Below, in pieces: positions 20,422 through 30,300 of a stretch of DNA of 64,000 nucleotides (position 1 is its first letter; every line of letters begins with the position of its first letter). Where the stretch lies: positions 64,001 to 128,000 of the forward strand of contig CAWEJX010000020.1 in NCBI GenBank assembly GCA_963809485.1, read 5' to 3'. The stretch is from an uncultured Acidobacteriota bacterium. GTDB lineage: Bacteria > Acidobacteriota > UBA6911. The notes beneath the pieces were generated by a model. The model saw only the letters and a list, made by a program, of their open reading frames with translations. It was not told where the DNA came from and searched no databases. The position numbers and the translations under genes were made by a program.

Positions 20422-21261
20422 CTACTTCTTCTGCGATTCCCTGGCAATATCTTCGGGCGTCGCATCTTTGGCGCAGCGGAAGCCGAAATCATATAGGGCT
20501 TCCGGCTGAGCTCCCAGGCGCTCCCATATATGCGCAACCTTCCCTCGGTAGCGCGAAGACAGGCCTCGGACCACACGGTGAGTCTCTCCGGATACGGGAT
20601 TTCTCTTGGGATTTCCCTTATAGGTCTTATACCAGGAAGAGGTCCATTCCTGAACATTCCCGAGCATATCAACGGCACCATAGGGGCTTATATCATCGTA
20701 TTGAGCAATTGCAGTCGGCTTGGATGGTCCAAATTCGTAGGTGTTCGCCCGCTTTTCCCCCCAGTCATTTCCCCAGGGATAGCCTCGTCCATCGGTTCCT
20801 CGGGCTGCTTTTTCCCATTCCTCTTCAGTCGGAAGCCGCTTCCCTTCTGCTTTGCAGTAAGCAGCCGCATCGTTCCAGGTAATATAAACAACCGGGTAAA
20901 GGCCTTTATCCGGGGTAAAGAACAGCCTCCAGTCCTTGCCCTCTTTGGCGCCTTCACCGGTGTAGCCGGTTTTGATGGAAAAGTCCAGGAATTGAGAATT
21001 TGTTACTTCGTATTTATCGATATAGAATGCCGGCAAATCGACCTTAAGCTGCGGATAGGCATCGTTATTTTTGTCATCCGTGCCCATGATGAACTCTCCT
21101 GCCGGCACGAAAACCATCTCTCCGGGAATAACGGCCGGCGTGGCGATTTCGGCAGCGCCTTCGCCCTCAACCTGTTCAGCGGAATCCTTGCGGCCGCAAG
21201 CGCTTAAGGCGCAAACGGCCAGTAACAAAATAATAAAAGCAAAATATGCCTTTCTTGACAT
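20422..21261 (-). CDS. FGE-sulfatase (SUMF1/EgtB/PvdO) domain lipoprotein
   Basis: Lipobox LSAC; FYIDKYEVTN, KRLPTEEEWEKAARG, YPWG, DMLGNVQEW, GFRC. Confidence 0.9.
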   Translation of the reverse strand: MSRKAYFAFIILLLAVCALSACGRKDSAEQVEGEGAAEIATPAVIPGEMVFVPAGEFIMGTDDKNNDAYPQLKVDLPAFYIDKYEVTNSQFLDFSIKTGYTGEGAKEGKDWRLFFTPDKGLYPVVYITWNDAAAYCKAEGKRLPTEEEWEKAARGTDGRGYPWGNDWGEKRANTYEFGPSKPTAIAQYDDISPYGAVDMLGNVQEWTSSWYKTYKGNPKRNPVSGETHRVVRGLSSRYRGKVAHIWERLGAQPEALYDFGFRCAKDATPEDIARESQKK

Positions 21262-21578
21262 GATTTCTCCTTGGGAGTTGTGCATAAATCCCAAAATGCG
21301 TGATGCTTTATACAGTAACTCGGCCATCCAGTCAAATTCAGCCTGGTGACGAAATCACAAAACCTCCGACCATGATTATTATGGTATAGACCTGGCCAAA
21401 ATCAAAGCCCGCTGCTTTGCCCGAATCCCCTGAAGCTCTCAAACCGGCATGGCCATTAACGCCTTAAGTGCCTGCAGATGCTCATTGTTATTGCAATTGC
21501 TGCAATCTAACACTATCATTCGCAACCATAAACGCTATCGTGGCCGTAGTTGCCGAGTCCCCTCGACTGAGGCTCGAG

Positions 21579-23954
21579 ATGGCAGAGATGCATTGGAAGT
21601 TGCGATCGGACCTTGAGATTCGTTCGGAGCCGAACTCAGGGATTATCATTAAGGATCCGATCACCGGCAGTTTCTATAGATTCCCTCCCGTGCAGGCTTC
21701 AGTGCTGGAGCTATTGGATGGGCAGGCCGATGCTGCGTCCATAGCCGCATATGTTTCCGAGAAACATCAGACCGAAGTCCTGGAAGAACAGGTAACGATT
21801 TTTGCCGGAAAGCTGCAAGCGCTTGCTCTGCTTGATCATCCCTCTTGCTGGGCCAAGCTCGAAAATCTGGGTAAGAAAAAGCGCGGAATTGTGCGAAGCA
21901 TACTTTCGATCAAGATACGCGCTTTCAATCCCGACACATTTTTGACCGAGCTCGAAAAAAAGGTTCGTTTCTGCTTTAGCCCGGCTTTTGCGACGATTGC
22001 CTTGGGCACCATGGCTATCGCCATGGTCATTTCTGTTCTGAATTGGGAATCGCTGTTTGTTTCTGTGCGCTCCCTTTTCTCCCTTTATTCCGTTCCGCTT
22101 ATACTGACGGTAGTTTTTGCCGTCATGACTATCCATGAAATATCGCATGGCGTTGCATTGAAACACTTTGGCGGGAAAGTGGAGGAGATGGGATTCATGA
22201 TTCTCTATTTTATCCCGGCCTTCTATTGCAATGTCAGTGACGCATGGATGCTGAAGAAGCGCGAGCGGATCCTGGTCTCATTGGCGGGAAGCTACATCCA
22301 GGTATATCTCTGGGCTCTGGCCACAATAGCATGGAGGCTACTGGCGCCCGAAATCCTGCTAAGCCGGATTTGCCTCATTGTTATAGCCTTCACGGTTATT
22401 CAGACCCTGCTCAACTTTAATCCGCTGATCCGCTTGGATGGCTATTATGTTCTTAGTGATTTTATCGAAGTCCCCAATTTGAGGCCTAAGGCTGTTAAGT
22501 ATATCAAGGATCGGGTTCAGTCAATGCTTACTGGAGCGCCCCATGTAAGCGCTGGCGGACTAAACTCAAGAGAGAAAAGGTTATACTTGTATTACGGGAC
22601 TTCTTCTTTGCTCTTCACTGCGGCTCTGATAGGGATTATGTTTCAGCGTCTCGGAGAGTGGATGGTTCGTGAATATCAGTCATGGGGCGTGCTTTTGATA
22701 TCGGTGCTTTTTTTAATGGTTGTACCGATTGCGAAGAAAGAGAACGCGACGAATTCCGGAAAGATGCTAAAGCTGGTTATAAAGCGCACAGGAAAAACCC
22801 CTTGGGCCCTCATAGTTATTTGCCTCCTGTTAGCAGCCGGGTTCCTGCCCTGGGAGCTGAAAATTTCGGGCGATTTTACGATCATAGCCTCCAAGAGGGT
22901 TTCTGTGACACCACAGGTAATGGGGAATCTGAAGAAGATACATGTCGGGCAAGGCAGCCAGGTTCGTGCGGGGCAGTTGCTGGCAGAGATGGAAAATCTG
23001 GAGATTGCCAATAATTACCAGGAGACCAAAGGGGAACTTGCATCCCAGATGGCTTCACTGGATCTGCTGAAAGCCGGATCCAGGCCCGAGGAAATTGAAA
23101 GAGCGAAGCGGCTTGTGGAGACAAAAAAGGCTGAGCTTTATAACGTATCCCGAATCGCCCAGGAGCGCGCGGTTTTACTTGAGACTATCGCCAAAAAGGA
23201 GGCCGAACTGGCCAATGCCCGGCTAAATCACGAACGGTCGCAAAAGCTTCTTGATACCGGGCTGATAGCACGAAATGATGCGGACAGGGACCGGACAGCT
23301 TATGAGGTTCGGCAGAAGGAGCTTTCGGAAGCCAAGGGGAAGCTTAAGGTTTTGGAGGAGCAGACGGATCGGAGCCGGGACATCAAGAACAAGGAATTGG
23401 CTCAGGCCAATAGCGAACTCAGGATACTCCTGGCGGGATCGCGCAAGGAAAACATACGGGCGGTTGAGTCTCAGGTGAAAAAGCTGGAAGAAAAGCTGTA
23501 TATCCTTGAACGTGAAATTGAGCTTTTAAAAATACGAAGCCCTATTGATGGTGTAGTTTCCACATCCTATCTCCAAAACAGAATCGGCGATTTTTTGGAC
23601 AAAGGAGATGCATTCTGTGAAATTGTCAGTGAAGGAACGGTGGTGGTGGAAATGCCCGTTCCTGAGAAGGAGATTGGAGATGTGAGCCTGGGATTTCCGA
23701 TCACCATCAAAGTTCGCGGATATCCGAAGCGCTGGTACAGGGCTCATGTAACCAGCATCGCGCCGGTGGCTGCAGTCCATGGGCTGGAACGGATTGTGGT
23801 AGTGCAGGGCCAGTTGGAAAATCCGGATGGCAGTCTCAAAGCCGGGATGACGGGAGTGGGCAAGATTCTATGCGGAAAGCGGATGATTTTTGACATCGTA
23901 TCCCGTCGCCTGATCCGGTGGCTTCGGACGGAGTTTTGGGAATACCTGCCTTAA
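21579..23954 (+). CDS. PqqD/RRE - M50 (site-2) peptidase - HlyD-type periplasmic adaptor fusion
   Basis: N-terminal RRE-like segment (IIIKDPITGSFYRF...LLDG...KLQALALL); HEISH (HExxH) and NFNPLIRLDGYY; several TMs; lipoyl half-motifs flanking a long coiled coil; LKAGMTG. Confidence 0.9.
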   Translation: MAEMHWKLRSDLEIRSEPNSGIIIKDPITGSFYRFPPVQASVLELLDGQADAASIAAYVSEKHQTEVLEEQVTIFAGKLQALALLDHPSCWAKLENLGKKKRGIVRSILSIKIRAFNPDTFLTELEKKVRFCFSPAFATIALGTMAIAMVISVLNWESLFVSVRSLFSLYSVPLILTVVFAVMTIHEISHGVALKHFGGKVEEMGFMILYFIPAFYCNVSDAWMLKKRERILVSLAGSYIQVYLWALATIAWRLLAPEILLSRICLIVIAFTVIQTLLNFNPLIRLDGYYVLSDFIEVPNLRPKAVKYIKDRVQSMLTGAPHVSAGGLNSREKRLYLYYGTSSLLFTAALIGIMFQRLGEWMVREYQSWGVLLISVLFLMVVPIAKKENATNSGKMLKLVIKRTGKTPWALIVICLLLAAGFLPWELKISGDFTIIASKRVSVTPQVMGNLKKIHVGQGSQVRAGQLLAEMENLEIANNYQETKGELASQMASLDLLKAGSRPEEIERAKRLVETKKAELYNVSRIAQERAVLLETIAKKEAELANARLNHERSQKLLDTGLIARNDADRDRTAYEVRQKELSEAKGKLKVLEEQTDRSRDIKNKELAQANSELRILLAGSRKENIRAVESQVKKLEEKLYILEREIELLKIRSPIDGVVSTSYLQNRIGDFLDKGDAFCEIVSEGTVVVEMPVPEKEIGDVSLGFPITIKVRGYPKRWYRAHVTSIAPVAAVHGLERIVVVQGQLENPDGSLKAGMTGVGKILCGKRMIFDIVSRRLIRWLRTEFWEYLP

Positions 23955-24057
23955 ACGCACGTATTACATTCGTTATTCAAGCTGCTGTCGGGACAGAACT
24001 CTATTACTGCATATCGGCATACCGCACGCTATAAATTACAGAATTAAACAATTTATA

Positions 24058-24087
24058 TTGACAAGATCATTGGAACCCTGTTATTTT
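24058..24087 (+). promoter_or_regulatory. Possible sigma70 promoter upstream of the micro-peptide region
   Basis: Perfect TTGACA at 24058-24063 in an AT-rich tract, 18-bp spacer, weak -10 TATTTT. Confidence 0.35.
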
Positions 24088-24511
24088 CCACAACATAGCT
24101 AAGAATATGCTTTGGGAAACGCGCATCGGGAACTTGCTTTTTTGAGTTTTTGGTGGCGAATCCGGCTTGGCTATGAAGATCAGCATTCTCGAATAGCTCT
24201 CTCACCTTGATGAGCATCTGGTCTGTTTTCGCATGGGGAAAACGGATTTGGATGCCTCTCCCAATCTGAGCAAGAGCAAAAGCTGATGTTGCGGCAGGGC
24301 TTTGCGGTTGAGGTTTAAGTTCTTGCTTCTGATGCACAAGCCGGAGGCGGATATCTGTGGATATGCCGTGCCGGATCAAGCCATCCCGTAAGCGGGGCTG
24401 CCTCGAAGCAAACCTGGAGCAACCAAGCTTTGTTGTTCCTATTGGGTTTCGAACTGTAAGGGGGCAACCTCGAACAGAAAGATTTCCAACGAGGAAGCTG
24501 TGTCTGTGTAT

Positions 24512-24528
24512 TTGGCTGAATTAGTGCC
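24512..24528 (+). promoter_or_regulatory. Putative sigma54 (-24/-12) promoter
   Basis: TTGGCTGAATTAGTGCC: GG(24514-15)-N10-GC(24526-27); predicted +1 near 24539, immediately before RBS AAAGGAGG at 24541. Confidence 0.5.
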
Positions 24529-24553
24529 GTTCCGCGCAGCAAAGGAGGCCTTT

Positions 24554-24580
24554 ATGGCAAGCGGAATTCTTTGGCTGTAA
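24554..24580 (+). CDS. Micro-peptide MASGILWL (8 aa), candidate leaderless signal peptide
   Basis: AAAGGAGG-CCTTT-ATG GCA AGC GGA ATT CTT TGG CTG TAA; C-terminal GILWL resembles SVLWM of the next ORF; an upstream in-frame GTG at 24500 would give a 26-aa version. Confidence 0.6.
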   Translation: MASGILWL

Positions 24581-24632
24581 TGCTCGGGGACACCCTCAGT
24601 GCCACCGAAGCAAGTTCAAAAGTGGAGGCTGT

Positions 24633-24692
24633 ATGCAGACCGAAATCGAAATTCTCGAAACTCGTGAAAATCCTAGTGTTCTCTGGATGTAG
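24633..24692 (+). CDS. Small precursor peptide MQTEIEILETRENPSVLWM (19 aa)
   Basis: RBS GGAGG at 24624-24628; acidic leader-like IEILETRENP followed by hydrophobic SVLWM; downstream of the RRE-M50-HlyD gene. Confidence 0.75.
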   Translation: MQTEIEILETRENPSVLWM

Positions 24693-24731
24693 GATCTAGC
24701 GTGTTTGTAGGACGAGAAAACTTTCTCGCAT

Positions 24732-24789
24732 TTGATCTGCAGGTCAGATCTGGGAGTTTCTCACTCCTGGATTCTGATCTGCAGATCAA
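24732..24789 (+). repeat. Long inverted repeat (stem-loop) after the peptide genes
   Basis: TTGATCTGCAG-GTCAGATCTGGGAGT / ACTCCTGGATTCTGAT-CTGCAGATCAA; no U-tract follows. Confidence 0.8.
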
Positions 24790-24929
24790 CAATAAGTCAT
24801 TGGCCTGCTAATCCATTGAAATTATTGGTCTTGGTAATTTTCTTTTGACTAATGCCCAACCAATCGATTGCCGATTAGTTCACGGAGGCCTTTTAGATAG
24901 AAATACTGATTTCTCGGCCTGAGATTTTT

Positions 24930-27346
24930 ATGACTTGGCATGATCTGCCCAAGAAGCTTAAATATTTTATCGTTCTCATAAATCTTCTAGCTCTTCCGAT
25001 TTTTGCCCTATCCTCGTGGAATCTCATCCAGCACCCGCCAAGTGACAAAGGCTGGATAATCCTAACTATTTTAACCGTCTTAACTGTACCGGCATTCCTC
25101 GGCTTCCCTCGGTGAACACAATGGCACTCATAGGGGATGCCTATGTAATGTCAATTGCAATGATGTACGGGTGGACACCTTGTATCGTGGCAACTGTATG
25201 CCATAGTTTGGTCGCTTCCATTTTTGGCATACAAAAATCAAAACGATACATTTATCGGATTGCATTCAATGTATCGAGCAGTGTTTGTTGTGCCTGGGCT
25301 TATAGTAGCATCTATCAACTAATGAATCCCGGGCTGAGCAAGCATGCAGCGGACATAGCTTTGCCCACCGTTGCACTGACAATTACATTTTTCGCCCTGA
25401 ATTCTCTTCTAACAGCAGTAGCCATAGGACTGGCATCAGGGCAAAATGTCCTTCGATTTTGGACCGAAAATTACCTTTCTTTGGGGGTCGAATTTTCCAT
25501 ATCTTCTGTTTGTGCTGCGCTAATAGTAACCCTCTACCAGATGGGTCCTTGGGTACCATTCATTGCAGCTCCATTTATAAGCGTAGTCTGGGGATGGAAT
25601 AAATTGAACAAAGCAAAGGCCATGGAAGCCGAAAGGCACTTGAAGGAGCAAGAAGAGCTTTACATGCGGACGGTAGAATCACTGGCACTGGCTGTTGACG
25701 CAAAAGACCAAACCACGTACGGACACATTCGACGGGTCAAGGTTTATGCGACTGGTCTTGCAAAGCTGGTAGGCATCAAAAATCCTGACGAGCTTAAAGC
25801 AATTGAAACTGGTGCATTACTTCATGATATTGGCAAACTGGCCATTGACGATTACATTCTGAATAAGCCCGGGCGCCTTTCGAAACAGGAATTTGAAAAG
25901 ATCAAGATGCATGCAACTGCCGGCGACGAAATTTTGCAGCAGATCCGATTCCCGTTCCCAGCGGCTAAGTACGTGCGTTACCATCATGAACGTTGGGACG
26001 GACAAGGCTACCCGGACGGACTAAAGGGAGAAGAAATACCGCTTGGGGCCAGGATACTATCCATTGCTGATGCTTTCGATGCCATTCGCTTTTCGCGCCC
26101 CTACAAGCTTTCGATTGTGCAGGACGAAGCAGTTGAAATCCTTCGATCTCAGAGCGGGACTGTCTATGATCCTAAGTTGATTCAGCTATTTTTAGAGCAT
26201 ATCGTGGAATTGGAGGAAGCCGCTGCAAAAGAGTCCGAAAGTGTTCCTGAGCTGTCCTTCAGAAAGTACTTCGAAAAAGTCGATCAAGCAATATCTGCTG
26301 CCGATGTTTCGCTCTCTGGCCTTTCTGTTCCACAAGATATCCCGGCCGAACTTGTACAACTGGCTGAATTTTGCAGCACGATGACCGGACATCTCGATCT
26401 AGGAGATATTCTCTCTGTTATTGCGCGAAAGATGGAGCGACTGGTTCCATATACTACTTGCGCATTTTATGTTGATGACGGGGAGGATCACGTACAAGCA
26501 ATTCATGTAAATGGGAGGTTTTCTGAAGTTGTCCAAGGACATAAAATCAGCATGGGCAAGGGAATAAGCGGCTGGGTAGCTGCATATAGACGACCCATGA
26601 TTAACACTGGACCCGCACTTGATTTTCAGGGGATCCAGGGGGACTTTTCCGCATTTAAGGATGCTCTTGTTGTACCAATTTCCCTAGATGACGAATCGCT
26701 GGGAACAATATCGCTCTATGCGCAGGAACCCATCGCATATAGCCCGTATGAATTGAGCATATTGCAGACGTTATCAAGCTTTATTGCGCCGTTAATCTCT
26801 GATGCCAAAAAACATGCAGCCGTTTCATCTGAGCACTTTATCGATCCAACAACACATATTCACCGCGTTTCCTACCTGACTGCAATCGGCCCGCAGCTTA
26901 TCTTCTTTCGCTAGCAAAAACCGGGCTCCTGTTTCGCTGATTTATCTCGGGATTAGGAATTTATCTCAAATCATACGTGTGTATGGAGATGCTGTATCCA
27001 ATTCGGTTGTTAAAAAGGGTTGCGGCATCCATCAAACCCGAGCTACGGGAGACAGACGTTCTTGGTTCGATATGGGCATCAGGCATTTGTAGCCTTTCTG
27101 CCTGGCGTTCGTGACGATCAAGCTAATCATTGCGTGGTCCGCCTTCTTCATCAGATACGGAATCAAGGATTGGCTTTTTCCGGCCAAAATGTGCTGGTCG
27201 ACTGTAAAGCAGGTATATCTTCATTCCCAAAAGATGGAGCCACGATATTCGCTCTAATCCAGTCCGCGCAGGAGAATATTTTGGATGCTGATCCTGGGGC
27301 ATCGGTGGCGGACAATAATGTCGTGGATTTCCTGCCGCGCGCCTAA
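24930..27346 (+). CDS. Membrane sensor - HD-GYP - GAF - degenerate GGDEF protein, interrupted by about 4 single-base frameshifts (sequencing error or pseudogene)
   Basis: Multi-TM N-terminus; LHDIGK, HHERWDGQGYPDGLKGEEIPLGARI, ADAFDA; GAF (GKGISGWVAA); reconstructed C-terminus LRETDVLVRYGHQAF; shifts near 25107, 26902, 27018, 27061. Confidence 0.85.
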
Positions 27347-27372
27347 AACCATATTTTGCAATATTATAGAAA

Positions 27373-30300
27373 TCAGTTCGCGCGAGAACTCCGGAACTGA
27401 CGATATTCCAGATAGCAATTGTTGCGCTTTAAGAACAACATAATCGACGAATATTGCCGAGCCGGGATTCCCAAAATCTCAAAAGCCTCACGATAATTCC
27501 CCTTAGCCTGTTTCAGCGCCTTATGCAATACGGCTCGTACAACTGATGGGCCCAATTGGTGACTCGAAAATGGTTTTTTCACCAAGTCTGCGAAGCTCCC
27601 TCTTTTATCAAGGATGTCGTTAAAAAGCCCCTCGGCAGTTTCAAGTTCCAAATTTGCCTCTCTGGGCATTGCATTGCGAACATCCAAAGGCAAGTGGTTA
27701 ACATCGAGAATTGAGTCGGTTGTTGAGAAGTATGCCCCTTCAACAATCTTTATCAATTCCCTGACGTTTCCTGGATAGGAGTATTTTTTTAGTACATTAA
27801 TCGCACTGGGTGAGAACCTCTTGACCCTACCTCCTTCCATTTCAGCTGTTTTCGACAAAGCCCATGCGAGCAATATAGGGATATCATCTTGGCGTTCCCG
27901 CAATGTCGGCACCTGAATTTCCATAGCCTTCAGTCTGTAGTAAAAATCCTTTCGAAATGTCCCTATCCTCATCTCCTTTATTAGGTCTTTGTTGGTTGCA
28001 GCAAGTACTTGAATGTCGATTTTGCGGGGTGCTGTTTCTCCCAATCGCCTTATTTCGCGCTCTTGCAGCACACGCAAGAGCTTGGCCTGCAGGCGAAGTG
28101 GCAAATTTGCAATTTCATCCAGAAAAATTACTCCCCCGTTTGCCGCTTCCAGTAAACCTTGTCGGTTTTCTGTTGCACCGGTGAAGGCACCCTTCCTATA
28201 GCCAAAAAGCTCGGCTTCCGCTAGGCTATCGGATAAAGATCCACAGTCCACGGGCACAAATCGGCCGGATTTACGCCTACCAGTTCTATAAATGGCCCGA
28301 GCCACCAATTCCTTCCCGGTACCGCTCTCGCCTGTTATCAATATATCTAGAGGTGAGTCTGCAGCGCGACCTATTCGCCTGCGCAATTCCTTCACCGCTA
28401 TGCTTTCTCCAATAATCTCCGCATATCCCTCTCGCGCTTGATGCAGATATTGTTCAAGCTCTGTTTTTTCCCTAATGAGCTGCTGATGCGCCAAGGCATT
28501 ATCAATCGCAATGGCTGCAAGATTACAGAAGGCGGCAAATAGACTAATGGTAGACTCACTTAGGCTTCTCGCAGGCGAAGAATGATCGGCATAGAGCACA
28601 CCCAGCACTCGTCCAGATACCTTCAATGGTGCGCATAAAATTGTCCCCAATTGAAAGGCAACAATGTGCTCCTTGTTTGCTACACGAGGGTCTCCTTGCG
28701 CATCGGCACTCACGAAGGGACTTCCTTTACGGCTTACTTCTTCTAATATATCCTGGCTAATAGCATGGGCCCCATCTAATGACTCTCGTTTGATATTCCT
28801 TCCCTTAAATAACTCGAGATTACCAGTAGATTCATTTTTTATAAACACCAAAGCCCTTTCAATCCCAACTGCTTCAATTAGCAAATCCACGATTGATTCA
28901 AGAAGGGGATCCAATTCCCTTATCGAATTGATAACTCTGCTAACTCGTAACAACGTTCGGATCTGCTGTTCCTGGATATCGTCAACAGCAGAGCTGCTAA
29001 AAATCCTTCGCTTGTTTTGCAGACTCTCATTGCGCTTCTCACACTCCGACATGGTATGACGTCGAGCAAAGGCTGCCCAGAATGATTCAAGCTTCGCTTT
29101 TGGCACTTTCTCCGCAATTATTTGAAGGCACTCTATCGTTTTTGAGCTGTGGTATAAGCAAGATTCCCAATTTGATAATATTTCTTCAATGCGTGACATT
29201 TCTGCATGGGAACGCCATTGAAGCTCGAAGTCTCCACAATCGCGCGAGAGTCTGATAGCGATTTCAACCTCATTTTTTGCATCTGTTATGGAATTATCTG
29301 AGTTCAACTTGAGCTTTCGAAAATTAAGCCCTCCCAATATTAAATGCGCTTTAGCCATAAGAAGATTACTATTCATCGCCCTTGCCAACCTCATTGCATT
29401 TCTAATAACCCTTGAGGCACCCTGTAAATCGCCACTTGCTGTAAGGCATTCGCCCAAATACAGTTTTATCAGGCATGATTGATACGGCCAGTGCTTTATT
29501 GTTACGGCCTTATTCAAGTTAGAAAGCAACCTAATTGCATCGGCTTCCCTTGCTCGCTGAAATAGAATGCATGCGCGGATGGCTTCGCCAAGTTCCCTTT
29601 CGTATACGGGTGCTTCAGAAGTTTCAAGTTTAGCCAATTGAGTAACATAGGCTAGGGAAAGATCAAAATCTCCGAGTTCGAAATTGAGCCACGCCGATAG
29701 ATAGGAGGCTTGCGCTTTTGAAAAAATGGCTACGAAAGGGCTTATTTCGAAATCTAGTTTGCATAATATATCGTTGGCACCTTGATAATCTCCGGTGGTG
29801 ATTTTGATGTCAGCCAGAGTGGCTTGACATGAGTGTTGGAGTATCGGGTTTCCGCTTTCAATAGAGAATCTAACCGCGCGTTCAGAGGCCGCCTTTGCCT
29901 CTGCCAGTTGTCCATCTCGGCATAGGCATTCAGCGTAATTGCTTAGAGCTTGGGATCTTAGGGGAATAGATCGACATTCTTCGCTGATTTTAACAGCGCG
30001 TTCATGATGCTCCAATGCCTTCGCAAATCTACCTCTTGCAAGCAAGCAGGCCCCATAATGTGAATGTGCCACTCCCAGTGCGCCAAAATCTTCATATTGC
30101 GCAAGGATATCAACAGATTTTTTTGCCGCACTAACAGCAGAATCTAAGTCGCATGCAACACGCTGAAGAGCGGAAACCAACGCATAAATTTGGCCTACTG
30201 CGACGCTCGCCTTTTCCCTGGACATTGCCCTAAGAGCTCGATTTAAAAGCAATAATCCTTGACGTGGATGTGATTTTATAAGCTGACAGTAAGCTAGGTG

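Noticed and set aside
24291-24307. GCGGCAGGGCTTTGC as a sigma54 promoter
   Set aside because: GG-to-GC spacing is 9 nt, not the required 10.
24053-24542. Minus-strand ORFs of 108 and 75 aa in the peptide intergenic region
   Set aside because: No clear RBS or protein-like motifs; the plus strand carries the RBS-supported micro-ORFs.
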